A program made the translations under genes and the position numbers. DNA of 64,000 nucleotides from a candidate division FCPU426 bacterium (lineage in GTDB: Bacteria > Oederibacteriota > Muellerivitia > Muellerivitales > Muellerivitaceae): NCBI GenBank assembly GCA_963847625.1, contig CAWKAR010000022.1, positions 1 to 64,000 on the forward strand, written 5' to 3'. Shown here piece after piece: positions 27,193-37,037 of this stretch. Below the pieces are notes generated by a model. It was not told where the DNA came from. It saw only the letters and a program-made list of their open reading frames with translations, and did no database searches. Each line of letters starts with the position of its first letter. Position 1 is the stretch's first letter.

Positions 27193-28359
27193 TCAGTTGT
27201 TTTGGAACGGCTTGCTGGCCAAGCGGCGGCGCAAATAAGCCGGGATGTCGTACTGCCCGTCAGATAGTTTCAAAGCCATATCCCCTACCTCTTCCTCGGT
27301 TGGCGCCGGGTTGGAGGAGGAAGCTTTGGCGGTATTGAAACTGGGCGTAACGAAATTTTTTAGGTCGATCACCGTCGCCATCTCGGCCGGATCCTTCGGT
27401 TGGTCGAAACCAGTGGCGATGATGGTTACCCGGATCCCATCCTTCAGGTTCTCGTCTCGAACGATGCCGGGAACGATTTCGGCGCCGGGACGAGCCGCTT
27501 TCTGGAGGAAACCGTTGATCTGGTTGAACTCGTTCAAGGTGAAGTTTGCCCCAGCGGTAACCTGCGCTAGAACTGCAGTTGCTCCTGCAATATCCACGTC
27601 CTCCAGAAGGGGACTGTTGACGGCCTTCTGGACTGCTTTCAAGGCCCGGTCCTCACCCGTACCATAGCCGGTTCCCATGAGCACCTTGCCCTTGGAGGTG
27701 AGAATGCGCTTCACGTCGGCAAAGTCGCGGTTGATGATGCCTTCCGAGTGAATGACCACTGAGATGCCCTGGATCGCCTGCACCAGTACCTCGTCCACGC
27801 GGGCGAATGCCGAGGTCAGTTCAACGTCCTGCTCGCAAACCAGGTTGATGCGCTCATTGGGAATGACCACAATGGCGTCCACGTGCGGCAGCATGGCTTG
27901 GAGACCATCTTCCGCTTGCGCTTTGCGCACCGGCCCCTCGTGCTCGAAGGGGCGGCTGACCACCCCGACCGTCAGGATGCCCAGTTTTTTGGAAACCTCG
28001 GCCACGATGGGCGCAGCGCCCGTGCCCGTGCCTCCGCCCATACCAGCCGCGATGACCACCATATCGGCCCCTTCCAGCATCTTCTGGATTTCCTCGGTGG
28101 ATTCCAAGGCGGCCTCCCTCCCAATGGTGGGATTACCCCCCGAACCCAGTCCCTTGGTCAGGTTCTTGCCCAGCTGGATTTTCTTGCTGCCCTTGGAGCG
28201 CCTGAGCGACTTATAGTCGGTGTTGGCCGCGATGCACTCCACTCCCTCAATGCCGGCCTCGATCATTTTGTTGATGGCGTTGCAACCGCCCCCGCCCACT
28301 CCGATTACTTTCAGATGGGCCAGGTACTGCGTGACATCATCTTCTGCGAATTCGATCAT
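27193..28359 (-). CDS. ftsZ: Cell division GTPase FtsZ
   Basis: Tubulin signature GGGTGTG and C-terminal DIPAYLRR. Confidence 0.99.
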   Translation of the reverse strand: MIEFAEDDVTQYLAHLKVIGVGGGGCNAINKMIEAGIEGVECIAANTDYKSLRRSKGSKKIQLGKNLTKGLGSGGNPTIGREAALESTEEIQKMLEGADMVVIAAGMGGGTGTGAAPIVAEVSKKLGILTVGVVSRPFEHEGPVRKAQAEDGLQAMLPHVDAIVVIPNERINLVCEQDVELTSAFARVDEVLVQAIQGISVVIHSEGIINRDFADVKRILTSKGKVLMGTGYGTGEDRALKAVQKAVNSPLLEDVDIAGATAVLAQVTAGANFTLNEFNQINGFLQKAARPGAEIVPGIVRDENLKDGIRVTIIATGFDQPKDPAEMATVIDLKNFVTPSFNTAKASSSNPAPTEEEVGDMALKLSDGQYDIPAYLRRRLASKPFQNN

Positions 28360-28494
28360 CTTAATCCCCCTCTTTTTACATCAAATTTTTACAGCTGCTT
28401 CCTAAAAACGTCCTTTCTCATCCTTGTATTTCTCTCGTCGCCTCTGCACCTCCTCCAAAATGTTTTAAAATCTAAATCCCAATTTTTAATTTTT

Positions 28495-29748
28495 TTAAAC
28501 TGAATCTCCGAACCACTTTTTCATCCGTCCAAGGATATTCTTGATGGAATCCCCGCTCGAAAAAATCCCGGCCCGGCGGCCCCCAGCAGCTTTTCCGGCT
28601 TGCACTCCCATCAAAACCAGGCCGACGGCCGTGGAATAGATGGGATTGGAAACCACGTCGGTCAGGCCACCCACTCTCTTGGGGGATCCGATGCGAACCG
28701 GCAGTTGCAGGATCTTTTCCGCCAGTTCGGCGGTCCCTTCCATGAGAGAAGTCCCGCCGGTGATGACCGCGCCGGCTGGAATCCGGTCCTCGAATCCGTG
28801 CCGCTTTAATTCGGCCGAAACCAGCTCAAATATTTCCTCCATTCGGGCCTCGATAATTTCGGAAAGAACCCTGCGGGGCATGCGGCGGTCGGGACGCCCG
28901 CCCACCCCGGGCACGCTGATTTCCTCCTCCTCCTTCACCATGGCTGTATAGGCGCATCCATATTGGATCTTGATGTTCTCGGCCTCGGTGTTGGGGGTGC
29001 GCAGCCCGACAGCCACATCGCTGGTCACGAGCGACCCACCCAAGGTGATGATTCCCGTGTACCAGAGCGAGCCGTTGATGAAAATCGCGATGTCGGAGGT
29101 CCCACCTCCGATGTCCACCAGCATCACTCCCAGTTCCTTTTCGTCGGCGGAAAGGATGGCCTCGGCGGAAGCCAGGGGCTGCAGGATGATGTCCGAAACG
29201 TGGATCCCGGCCCTTTCCACGCTGCGGACGATGTTCTGCACGCTGGTCACCGCGCCTGTCACCACGTGAACCTCGGCTTCCAACCGCACTCCTGACATTC
29301 CAACGGGGTTCTTGATCCCGTCCTGGTCGTCCACAATGTATTCCTGGGGAATGACGTGGATGATTTCCCGGTCCATGGGAATGGCGATGGCTTGGGCCGC
29401 GTCGATCACGCGTTCCCGGTCCTCCTCGGAGATTTCCCGGTCCTTGCGTGACACTGCGATGACACCCCGGCTGTTCAAGCCCTTGATGTGCCCGCCGGCC
29501 ACGCCCGCGAAGACGGAAGAAACTTCCACTCCTGCCATGCGTTCGGCGTCCGAGATGGATTTCTTGATGGAAGCGATGGTCTGCTCGATGTTGACAACCG
29601 ACCCCTTCTTGAGGCCCGTGGAGGGAGTCGTACCCACCCCGATGATGTGGACTTGCCCCTCGTCGTCTTGTTCCCCGATGATGGTGCAGACCTTGGTCGT
29701 CCCCAGGTCCAAGCCCACCACGATGTCCTGCTTGATTTCTTTAGCCAT
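28495..29748 (-). CDS. ftsA: Cell division protein FtsA
   Basis: GLDLGTTK, VDIGGGTSD and a C-terminal amphipathic helix. Confidence 0.98.
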   Translation of the reverse strand: MAKEIKQDIVVGLDLGTTKVCTIIGEQDDEGQVHIIGVGTTPSTGLKKGSVVNIEQTIASIKKSISDAERMAGVEVSSVFAGVAGGHIKGLNSRGVIAVSRKDREISEEDRERVIDAAQAIAIPMDREIIHVIPQEYIVDDQDGIKNPVGMSGVRLEAEVHVVTGAVTSVQNIVRSVERAGIHVSDIILQPLASAEAILSADEKELGVMLVDIGGGTSDIAIFINGSLWYTGIITLGGSLVTSDVAVGLRTPNTEAENIKIQYGCAYTAMVKEEEEISVPGVGGRPDRRMPRRVLSEIIEARMEEIFELVSAELKRHGFEDRIPAGAVITGGTSLMEGTAELAEKILQLPVRIGSPKRVGGLTDVVSNPIYSTAVGLVLMGVQAGKAAGGRRAGIFSSGDSIKNILGRMKKWFGDSV

Positions 29749-29799
29749 CCTTCCACCCCCTACCCCAATTTAAATTTCAAAATTCTTAATCGTTGCCGT

Positions 29800-30822
29800 T
29801 TATCTTGTCTTGACTAGAACCATGTCCTTGTAGCGGAAATCCATGGTTCCAACTTTTTTCCGCCTCTGGCTTAAATCGCTTAAAACTAGCGCCATGCGTC
29901 TCAACTCTTTCTCGGTCACCTCCGGGTTGAAAATAGAGGTGATCCCGTCGATAAATGTCACTTTCAATGAGTCCGGATCCGCGATGCTCATCTCGGATAT
30001 ATCCTGGGCCATAACCGGATCCCGTTGCCGGACGAATTCGAAGAAATCCAGGGCGGGTTTGACCGCCTCCGCCAAACGGGTGGTTCCCAATGCGTCTGGT
30101 TCCACACTCACCCCCGAAATGAGAGGCAAGTCCTCCTGAAGCAGGACATCCGAGGGGGAAAGCACCCGTCCGTTCCGATCCATTCCATATAGGGCCCCAG
30201 AATCCAAAAGCACTGCTGGCTTCCTTTCCACCACCGAGATCAAGACGGTCTGGGGTAACCGCCTTTCCATAAACACCCTTTCCACCCAATCCAGCCCCCT
30301 CACTTTTTGGGCGGCCTCGTCCAACTTCAACTTGAACATGTTCACGCCCAGGGGTAATCCCGCGACCCGGATTACCTGTTCCTCGGTTAAGTAATGGTTG
30401 CCTTGCACTATGACCCGGGAAAGCTTCAAACCCGCCATGTCTTGCAATAGGGCTGTGGATTTGTTTTTCGCCCATGCCACGACCAAACCGAGGGCTAGGA
30501 CCAACAAAATTTTCACAATCGGGTGTTTTCCCTTCCATGCCGGAACCCGGATAACCCGTTTTCTGGGTCTTTCCGGGAATCGGGGTAAATCTCTCCCCGG
30601 CGTAACCCCCGGCCTGTAAAAGGCATAAACCTTCTGCCGATCCGCCGCCTCGAGTGAATAAGATTTGGATTCCCTCTTTCCCCATCGGGTGAAGGTACCT
30701 CCTTTCCCCGGTTTCCAGAGCGAGGGGACTTTCCAAGCCACGCCAGTTTTTTCAACCTTTTTATCGCCGGGAAAGCCGGTTTTCCTCAAACCGGATGAGA
30801 CCTGGCTTCCGCGGTAGTACAT
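29800..30822 (-). CDS. ftsQ: Cell division protein FtsQ/DivIB (POTRA) with long basic N-terminus
   Basis: Single TM, POTRA motif VQGNHYLT, ERRLPQTVLISVVERKP and DFRY. Lies between ddl and ftsA. Confidence 0.9.
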   Translation of the reverse strand: MYYRGSQVSSGLRKTGFPGDKKVEKTGVAWKVPSLWKPGKGGTFTRWGKRESKSYSLEAADRQKVYAFYRPGVTPGRDLPRFPERPRKRVIRVPAWKGKHPIVKILLVLALGLVVAWAKNKSTALLQDMAGLKLSRVIVQGNHYLTEEQVIRVAGLPLGVNMFKLKLDEAAQKVRGLDWVERVFMERRLPQTVLISVVERKPAVLLDSGALYGMDRNGRVLSPSDVLLQEDLPLISGVSVEPDALGTTRLAEAVKPALDFFEFVRQRDPVMAQDISEMSIADPDSLKVTFIDGITSIFNPEVTEKELRRMALVLSDLSQRRKKVGTMDFRYKDMVLVKTR

Positions 30823-30827
30823 TTAAA

Positions 30828-31808
30828 TTACGCTCCCACTGCCAACTGAAAACCAATGCCGTTTCGGGTTTTCGACGCGGCTCTTTTCTTTTTCATGGCC
30901 ATGCGTGTCAGCGTCGCCAAGAGCCGGGGGAATGAAATTCCCGCGGCCTTGGCTGCGTCCGGCACCAGGCTCGTCGAGGTCATTCCCGGCACCGTATTCA
31001 CCTCCAAAATCTGCGGTTCGCCCTTTTTTGGAACGATGAAATCCACGCGGTAATAATCCCCACATCCCATGGCCTTCCCGGCCCGGACAGCGTATTTTTT
31101 CACTTTCCGGCCCTGTTCTTGGCTGATCCTCGCAGGAATGAGGTGATCGGACCGCCCTGGCGTGTACTTGGCGTCGAAATCGTAAAACTCGTTCTTAGGC
31201 ACGATTTCGATAACCGGCAGGGCTTTCTCTCCCAACACCGTTACGGTCACTTCCACACCGGGTATGAATTTCTCCACGATGGCCCACGAACTGAACTTGA
31301 AGGCCAGAGTGATTGCTTTGGCCAATTCCCCCCTGTCCCGGATAATGGTGACCCCGATCGCTGAACCCGTATCCGCGGGTTTCACCACTAACGGAGTGCC
31401 GAATTTGATCTCTTTCAACCAGTCCTTCCGGGTTGTGCTTTCATGGAGGGCCTGCCAGGGGGCCGTGGGAATCCTGTTGGCCTCGAATACCAGTTTCGAA
31501 CAACCCTTATGCATTGCCAAACCGCAGGCGAGTGCACCTGATCCGGTGTAAGGAATTTCCCACCGGTCCAAGAGAGCCTGCAGGCTTCCGTCTTCCCCGA
31601 ACCCCCCATGCAGCGCGATGAAAACAACGTCGAAATTCGCCGCCTTGAGGCGTTTTTCAAGACGCCTTTCATTCTTATCCGCCGGCCCCAGCATGAACGC
31701 GGTCGTGTTCAGGCCTGCGGCTCTCAATCCTTCCACCACGTTTCCGCCGGAAAGAAGAGAAATTTTTCTTTCCGGGCTCCAGCCGCCCATCAGGACTCCA
31801 ACTCTCAT
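30828..31808 (-). CDS. ddl: D-alanine-D-alanine ligase
   Basis: Motifs GGWSPER.ISL.SG, LHGGFGEDG and LEVNTVPGMT are present. Confidence 0.97.
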   Translation of the reverse strand: MRVGVLMGGWSPERKISLLSGGNVVEGLRAAGLNTTAFMLGPADKNERRLEKRLKAANFDVVFIALHGGFGEDGSLQALLDRWEIPYTGSGALACGLAMHKGCSKLVFEANRIPTAPWQALHESTTRKDWLKEIKFGTPLVVKPADTGSAIGVTIIRDRGELAKAITLAFKFSSWAIVEKFIPGVEVTVTVLGEKALPVIEIVPKNEFYDFDAKYTPGRSDHLIPARISQEQGRKVKKYAVRAGKAMGCGDYYRVDFIVPKKGEPQILEVNTVPGMTSTSLVPDAAKAAGISFPRLLATLTRMAMKKKRAASKTRNGIGFQLAVGA

Positions 31809-31921
31809 TGTGTTCCCCCTTCTATTCATCAAATGACTTGTCCACTTCCGGTTCCCAGCCTTGAAACTCGCTCATTCAACCATCTATGCGTCCTTAAACC
31901 CTTTTAAGGTCTGCCCAGTCT

Positions 31922-32893
31922 TTAACTCGTTTTTTGAGGATTCCCAAAAACGTCCCGGATCTCATCCCGGTCCCAGTCGCCCAAGGGCACGATCTCCGGC
32001 TCCAAGCGGACCAGGAATTTCTCGAAAACCCGCCTTTGAATTTCCCGCATCACGGCCACGACGTCATGGGCGGTCGCGTTTCCCTCGTTGTTGATGAAGT
32101 TGGCATGGATTTCGCTAACCCTCGCCCCACCCACTTGAAAGCTCTTTAAACCGGCGGTTTCGATCAACTTTCCCGCGGAATTTTTGTCGGGATTTTTAAA
32201 GACGCTTCCCGCGTTTTTCTCGGTCCGGGGCTGCTTTCCCCTGCGATTCCTGAAATACTCCTTTACTTTTTTCTCGATTTCCTCCGGGGGTTCCTTTTTC
32301 AACTTCAACACGGCTTCCACCAGGACGTTTCCACTGCCCTTGAGAGATGAGGTCCGGTAGCCATAGGCGTAATCCCCCTTTTCCAGCCGGCGGACTTCCC
32401 CCCTCGGGGTCACGACAGTGAGTTCCTGTACTAGGGGCCCGATCCAGGCTTTCTTGGCGCCTGCGTTTCCCACCACCGCACCTCCCAGGGTCCCCGGAAT
32501 TCCCGCGAAAAATTCAACGCCACCCAGGCCCGCTTCGCGGGTCTTCTCCAGCACGCTCACCAACCTTGTGCCGGCCTTAGCTCGCACCCGGTCGCCTTCG
32601 ATTCGAACACCCTGGAAATTCCGTCCCAGACGGATCACGGCACCGCGGTAGCCCTCATCCGCGAATAGCACGTTGCTTCCGCCGCCCAGCAATAAATAAG
32701 GAACTTGGGCGAGGGTCAGGCATCGCAAGAGAGTCTCGAGATCCTCAACCGACTGGGGCTCCACAAAAACCGCGGCCTTCCCCCCGATGTGGTAGGTGGT
32801 ATAGGGCGCAATGGATTGATCCATCTCCACCCGTCCCTTGATGAGATTTTGAAGTTCGCTAAAGTCCACGCCTTTCCTTTCCAGTACAAGCAT
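31922..32893 (-). CDS. murB: UDP-N-acetylenolpyruvoylglucosamine reductase (alternative GTG start 32869)
   Basis: Motifs GGGSNVL, GIPGTLGGA..NAGA, AGSVFKNP and HANF are present. Confidence 0.97.
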   Translation of the reverse strand: MLVLERKGVDFSELQNLIKGRVEMDQSIAPYTTYHIGGKAAVFVEPQSVEDLETLLRCLTLAQVPYLLLGGGSNVLFADEGYRGAVIRLGRNFQGVRIEGDRVRAKAGTRLVSVLEKTREAGLGGVEFFAGIPGTLGGAVVGNAGAKKAWIGPLVQELTVVTPRGEVRRLEKGDYAYGYRTSSLKGSGNVLVEAVLKLKKEPPEEIEKKVKEYFRNRRGKQPRTEKNAGSVFKNPDKNSAGKLIETAGLKSFQVGGARVSEIHANFINNEGNATAHDVVAVMREIQRRVFEKFLVRLEPEIVPLGDWDRDEIRDVFGNPQKTS

Positions 32894-32937
32894 TGTTTAC
32901 TTCCTTCTCACCGCCGACAGCGGCGGCCATCGTTTTC

Positions 32938-34344
32938 TTATCCTTTATGTTTCTGGATAAGGTCATTGCCGACTTTCCAGATATCCCCGGCGCCCATGGT
33001 CAAAAGAACGTATTTTTCAGTCAGGTGGTTCTTCAGGTAATCCAAAAGGCCCGGTCGGTCCTCCGCGTAAATGACATGGGGGTGGCCGTTCTCCCGCAGG
33101 GCTTCCACCAGGGTTTTACCCGTGACTCCTGCGATGGGTTTCTCGCGCGAGGGATAGATGGCCGTGATAATGACCTCATCCGCGTCCCCGAAGGCCTTAC
33201 CGAACTTGTCCCGAAGCAGCTGTGTCCGCGAGAAAAGGTGCGGTTGGAAGACCACCAGGACTTTTTTCGAGGGCCCGGCGAAATTCTTGGCCGCTTTCAG
33301 GGTTTCCGAAACGGCCGTCGGATGATGGGCGTAGTCATCCACGACCACGGCCCCCTTGAAGGAACCCTTGACCTCGAACCGGCGTTGGACGCCATGGAAT
33401 TTCGTCAACCCGCTCGCGATATTTTTAAAGGAAATCCTCAGTTCGAGCCCCACCGTGACTGCCGCGAGGGCATTCTTGACGTTAAACAGCCCCGGCACGT
33501 TGAGTTTGACCGTTCCCATTTTTTTCCCATGGACCACAGCCTCAAATGATGAACCGATTTTCTCCAGTCGGATCTTCCGGGCCGAAACCTGCGCCTTGGG
33601 TAAAATCCCATAAGTTGTCACCCGCCGTTGGATATGGGGAAGGATTTGCTGGACCTGTTTATCGTCGATTCCCAACACGACGCAGCCGTAAAAGGGGACC
33701 TTATTGGTGAATGTCACGAAGGCGTCCCGCACTTTTTCGATGGAGCCGTAGTAATCCAGGTGGTCATCGTCGATGTTGGTCACCACGGATATCATGGGAG
33801 AGAGCAGGAAAAATTCCCCGAAGGCCTCGCATGCTTCCGCGACCAAATAGGGGCTTTTCCCCAGTTTGGCATTGGATTTGAAAGCGTCCACCTGCCCCCC
33901 GATGACGAGGGTGGGGTCCAAACGGGCCTCGGTCATGACCAGCCCTACCATGGATGTAGTGGTGGTCTTGCCATGGGTGCCCGAAACGGCGATGCCGAAC
34001 TTCAAGCGCATAAGTTCCGCCAGCATCTCGGTGCGGGGGATGACGGGAATGGATCTCCTTCGGGCTTCCAGGATTTCCGGATTGTCCGGGGGAACTGCGG
34101 CCGAATAAACCACCACGTCCACGCCGGCCACGTTTCCGGCCTTGTGGCTGAAATGGATACGAGCCCCCATTTGGATAAGCCTTTGCGTTGTTTCGGAGGA
34201 TTTCAGATCTGAGCCGGTCACCTCGTATTTGAGGCTTAAAAGCACGGCGGCGATACCGCTCATGCCAGCGCCCCCGATGCCGATGAAATGCACCCGTTTC
34301 ACGGCCCCGAAAGGTTGGGTCAGGATTCCGAATGACGGTTTCAT
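32938..34344 (-). CDS. murC: UDP-N-acetylmuramate-L-alanine ligase
   Basis: Motifs GIGGAGMSG, GTHGKTTTT and DDYAHHP are present. Confidence 0.98.
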   Translation of the reverse strand: MKPSFGILTQPFGAVKRVHFIGIGGAGMSGIAAVLLSLKYEVTGSDLKSSETTQRLIQMGARIHFSHKAGNVAGVDVVVYSAAVPPDNPEILEARRRSIPVIPRTEMLAELMRLKFGIAVSGTHGKTTTTSMVGLVMTEARLDPTLVIGGQVDAFKSNAKLGKSPYLVAEACEAFGEFFLLSPMISVVTNIDDDHLDYYGSIEKVRDAFVTFTNKVPFYGCVVLGIDDKQVQQILPHIQRRVTTYGILPKAQVSARKIRLEKIGSSFEAVVHGKKMGTVKLNVPGLFNVKNALAAVTVGLELRISFKNIASGLTKFHGVQRRFEVKGSFKGAVVVDDYAHHPTAVSETLKAAKNFAGPSKKVLVVFQPHLFSRTQLLRDKFGKAFGDADEVIITAIYPSREKPIAGVTGKTLVEALRENGHPHVIYAEDRPGLLDYLKNHLTEKYVLLTMGAGDIWKVGNDLIQKHKG

Positions 34345-34415
34345 GATGGATTCCTCTTATTCATAAATGTCAACGCGGGTTCTTCCCCGTGTTTTTTCTT
34401 TAAATTGAGTTTCAT
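34341..34415 (-). CDS. 24-aa bridging ORF between murG and murC (MKLNLKKKHGEEPALTFMNKRNPS)
   Basis: ATGA overlap with the murG stop and ATGA overlap with the murC start. Confidence 0.5.
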   Translation of the reverse strand: MKLNLKKKHGEEPALTFMNKRNPS

Positions 34416-35530
34416 TTCTTTTCCGCCATTTCAAAGATTTCCCCGGCGATCTGACGGGCCGCTTCGGGTTTGGCTAGTAAGGCTGCCGCCTGTCCCATAG
34501 ATTTCAGCTTTTCCTCATCCGAGAGAAGGGAGATCAGGGTCCGGCTGAGCATTTCCTCTCCCAACTCCCTTTCCAAAATCACGACGGCCGCCCCCGCCGC
34601 CTCAAGGGCCCTGGCATTCTTCTCCTGGTGCCCGGAAGCGTGAGGATAGGGTATAAAGAGAACGGGCAGGCCTCGGCTGACCACTTCCGCGCAGGTCAAG
34701 GCCCCTGAACGGGCTACCACCAGATCCGCCACTGCGTAGGCCTCCTGGATGTTCCCGAAAAACGGCCGGACGACCATCCGAACCGGGCACTTTTCCAACT
34801 GGTCCACGGTTCTGCGGTAGTCGGCCGTTCCGGTCATCATGAGGACCTGGAACCGGTGACCCCCTTCGCCCAGGAAAAGGATGGCCTCGGCCATGATTTG
34901 GTTCAACATCCGGGCTCCCTGGCTTCCACCCAGCATCAGGATGTTTTTGACACCGGGAAAAAGTTTGAAGTTCTCGAGGGCCTTGGACCTCTCCGCCGCC
35001 CGGATTTCCTCCCTGACCGGAATTCCCGTCCATTGGGCCCTCCCCTTGGAAAAATGTCGAACCGTCTCTTCAAAACCCGCGAATATCTTCTTGGAAAACC
35101 TGCTGGAGAACCTTGCTCCCAAACCCGGAATGACGTTGGGTTCCAGCAATCCCACCGGGATGCCCTTCCAGGCCGCGGCCAGCGAAACAGGAACCGACAC
35201 GTACCCCCCCGTCGAGAAAACCGCGTCCGGCTTGAAGGAAGCCACCAATTCCCGGGCTTGTTTGAGTCCGGAAAAAAAGTCGTATCCGAAGGTGAAATAC
35301 TTCCAGGACGGTCGGCGGGGGAACCCGCTGGCCGGAATACCTTCGAATAGAAGCCCCGCCTCGGGTACCCATTTTTCCTCGGGTCCGTTTTTTTTACCCA
35401 CGTAAAGCACGACTACCTCCGGTTGTTTCATTAATTCTCTCGCCACTGCGATGCCGGGGAATACGTGTCCCCCCGTTCCACCGCCCGTGATGATGAATCG
35501 TTTAATCAAAATCGCCCGCCGTGAAAACAT
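34412..35530 (-). CDS. murG: Lipid II GlcNAc transferase MurG (probable TTG start 35509)
   Basis: Motifs TGGGTGGH, GGSQGA and HQEKNA are present. Confidence 0.97.
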   Translation of the reverse strand: MFSRRAILIKRFIITGGGTGGHVFPGIAVARELMKQPEVVVLYVGKKNGPEEKWVPEAGLLFEGIPASGFPRRPSWKYFTFGYDFFSGLKQARELVASFKPDAVFSTGGYVSVPVSLAAAWKGIPVGLLEPNVIPGLGARFSSRFSKKIFAGFEETVRHFSKGRAQWTGIPVREEIRAAERSKALENFKLFPGVKNILMLGGSQGARMLNQIMAEAILFLGEGGHRFQVLMMTGTADYRRTVDQLEKCPVRMVVRPFFGNIQEAYAVADLVVARSGALTCAEVVSRGLPVLFIPYPHASGHQEKNARALEAAGAAVVILERELGEEMLSRTLISLLSDEEKLKSMGQAAALLAKPEAARQIAGEIFEMAEKK

Positions 35531-35594
35531 ATTGAAAGGAACATATATCTCGAATGCAGCGTTGCTTTTTGCTTCCCTTTGAAAACAGTCTCAT
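35502..35594 (-). CDS. 30-aa bridging ORF between ftsW and murG (MRLFSKGSKKQRCIRDICSFQYVFTAGDFD)
   Basis: SD GGGGAGG and ATGA overlap with the ftsW stop. Its stop overlaps the murG TTG (TTGATTAA). Confidence 0.5.
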   Translation of the reverse strand: MRLFSKGSKKQRCIRDICSFQYVFTAGDFD

Positions 35595-36745
35595 CGGACG
35601 GCCTCCCCTGCTTGGCTTAAGGGTATTGGCAGTCTGGTTTCCCGGGAGATGTTGAGCAGGAATCCGATTGAAATCAGCGTAAAAACCATGGAAGAACCCC
35701 CATAGGATATGAGCGGAAGGGGAATTCCCTTGGTGGGAAGCAATCCCGTCACCACTCCCAAATTCACGAGGGCTTGGAACCCGATCAGCCCGGTGATGCC
35801 CGCCGCCATCATTCCTGGGAAAAAGCCGCCTTCCCTCCGGCTGACGGCCCGGGAGACTTTGAACCCCCTCAAGATGAAGAGGGCGAAAAGAAACACGAGG
35901 GCCCCGGCTCCCACCAGGCCCAATTCCTCCGCGATGATGGCGAATATGAAGTCCGTATGCGGCGCCGGGAGATAGAAAAGTTTCTGGGAACTGTTGGAGA
36001 GTCCCACGCCCAGGGGGCCGCCGTTGCCCACTGCGATCAGGCTTTGGATCAGCTGGAACCCCGCACCCTGAGGGTCGTCCCCGGGATGCAGAAAGGATAG
36101 GATACGGACCACCCGATAATGGACGGATTCCACCAGGAACACGAAAACCGGGACAAAGACAAAGAGAGGGATCAGGAAAAACTTCCATTCCATCCCAGCT
36201 AAAAACAGTGAAAGGATGGTGACCAGAGCCAGGAGTACCGCCGTCCCAAAGTCATGTTGCTTTTCCAAGAGCAACATGCAGATTCCCAGCAGGACCAAAT
36301 AGGGCATGAGCCCGGAAAAACTCCCCAAGGTCTGCCGGCGCCGGTCCAGGGAATCGGCTAGGTAAAAAACGAGAGCAATTTTCAGGATTTCAGAAGGTTG
36401 GAAAGAAAAGAACCCCAGCCGGAACCATCTTTGGGCCCCGCCGACCGTTCTCCCGATCCCGGGAACACAAACCAGGGCCATCAGGATCAAGGCCACGATT
36501 AGTCCCGGAATGGCCAAGGCCCTGAGTTCCTCCAAGTCAACCTTCGAGGCGAAGAAAAGGCCCAGGCTCCCCAGCGCCACCCAGAGGAGCTGGCGGAGGA
36601 AAAAATAGTAGGAATTTCCGAAACGATCGTGGGCCAGGATGGCCGAGGCGCTATAAACCATGATCAGCCCGGCTGTGACCAGAACGAGCGTTAAAAGAAA
36701 CAAGAAAAAATCAGGCGAGGCTTGTTTTTTGACATTAAAACTCAT
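35591..36745 (-). CDS. ftsW: SEDS peptidoglycan polymerase FtsW (alternative start 36808)
   Basis: Motifs FQPSE, LPAPHTDFIF and PTKGIPLPLISYGGSS are present. Confidence 0.97.
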   Translation of the reverse strand: MSFNVKKQASPDFFLFLLTLVLVTAGLIMVYSASAILAHDRFGNSYYFFLRQLLWVALGSLGLFFASKVDLEELRALAIPGLIVALILMALVCVPGIGRTVGGAQRWFRLGFFSFQPSEILKIALVFYLADSLDRRRQTLGSFSGLMPYLVLLGICMLLLEKQHDFGTAVLLALVTILSLFLAGMEWKFFLIPLFVFVPVFVFLVESVHYRVVRILSFLHPGDDPQGAGFQLIQSLIAVGNGGPLGVGLSNSSQKLFYLPAPHTDFIFAIIAEELGLVGAGALVFLFALFILRGFKVSRAVSRREGGFFPGMMAAGITGLIGFQALVNLGVVTGLLPTKGIPLPLISYGGSSMVFTLISIGFLLNISRETRLPIPLSQAGEAVR

Positions 36746-37037
36746 GAACTTCTCCAAAACATATTTTTTTACCCCGGTCTTCGTGATAAATCCCGGTTTT
36801 GGTTTCATCCTTCCGTTCGGATTCCGAGCGAAGTGTCGTAGACGTTGGAAGAGTGTCGGAAGTGTTGTTGTCAGAATCCGAACGCAGGGATGGAACCTCC
36901 TTTCCGGTTGTCACAACTCGAAGGACCGCCTTTTCCAATCGGAATACCACCAGCATCTCCGGCAGCTGGAGGCTTTCCAATTTGATGGCGGTGTTGTTGC
37001 GCTTCGTCCCACTCGGCTCCAACGGGTTGAAAAGCAT
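36735..37037 (-). CDS. 100-aa hypothetical ORF bridging murD and ftsW
   Basis: TGATG overlap with the murD stop. Its stop overlaps the ftsW ATG by 11 nt. Confidence 0.5.
   Translation of the reverse strand: MLFNPLEPSGTKRNNTAIKLESLQLPEMLVVFRLEKAVLRVVTTGKEVPSLRSDSDNNTSDTLPTSTTLRSESERKDETKTGIYHEDRGKKICFGEVHEF

Noticed and set aside
36814..36884. 11-bp inverted repeat CGTTCGGATTC/GAATCCGAACG as a MITE
   Set aside because: It is short and single-copy, with no target duplication.
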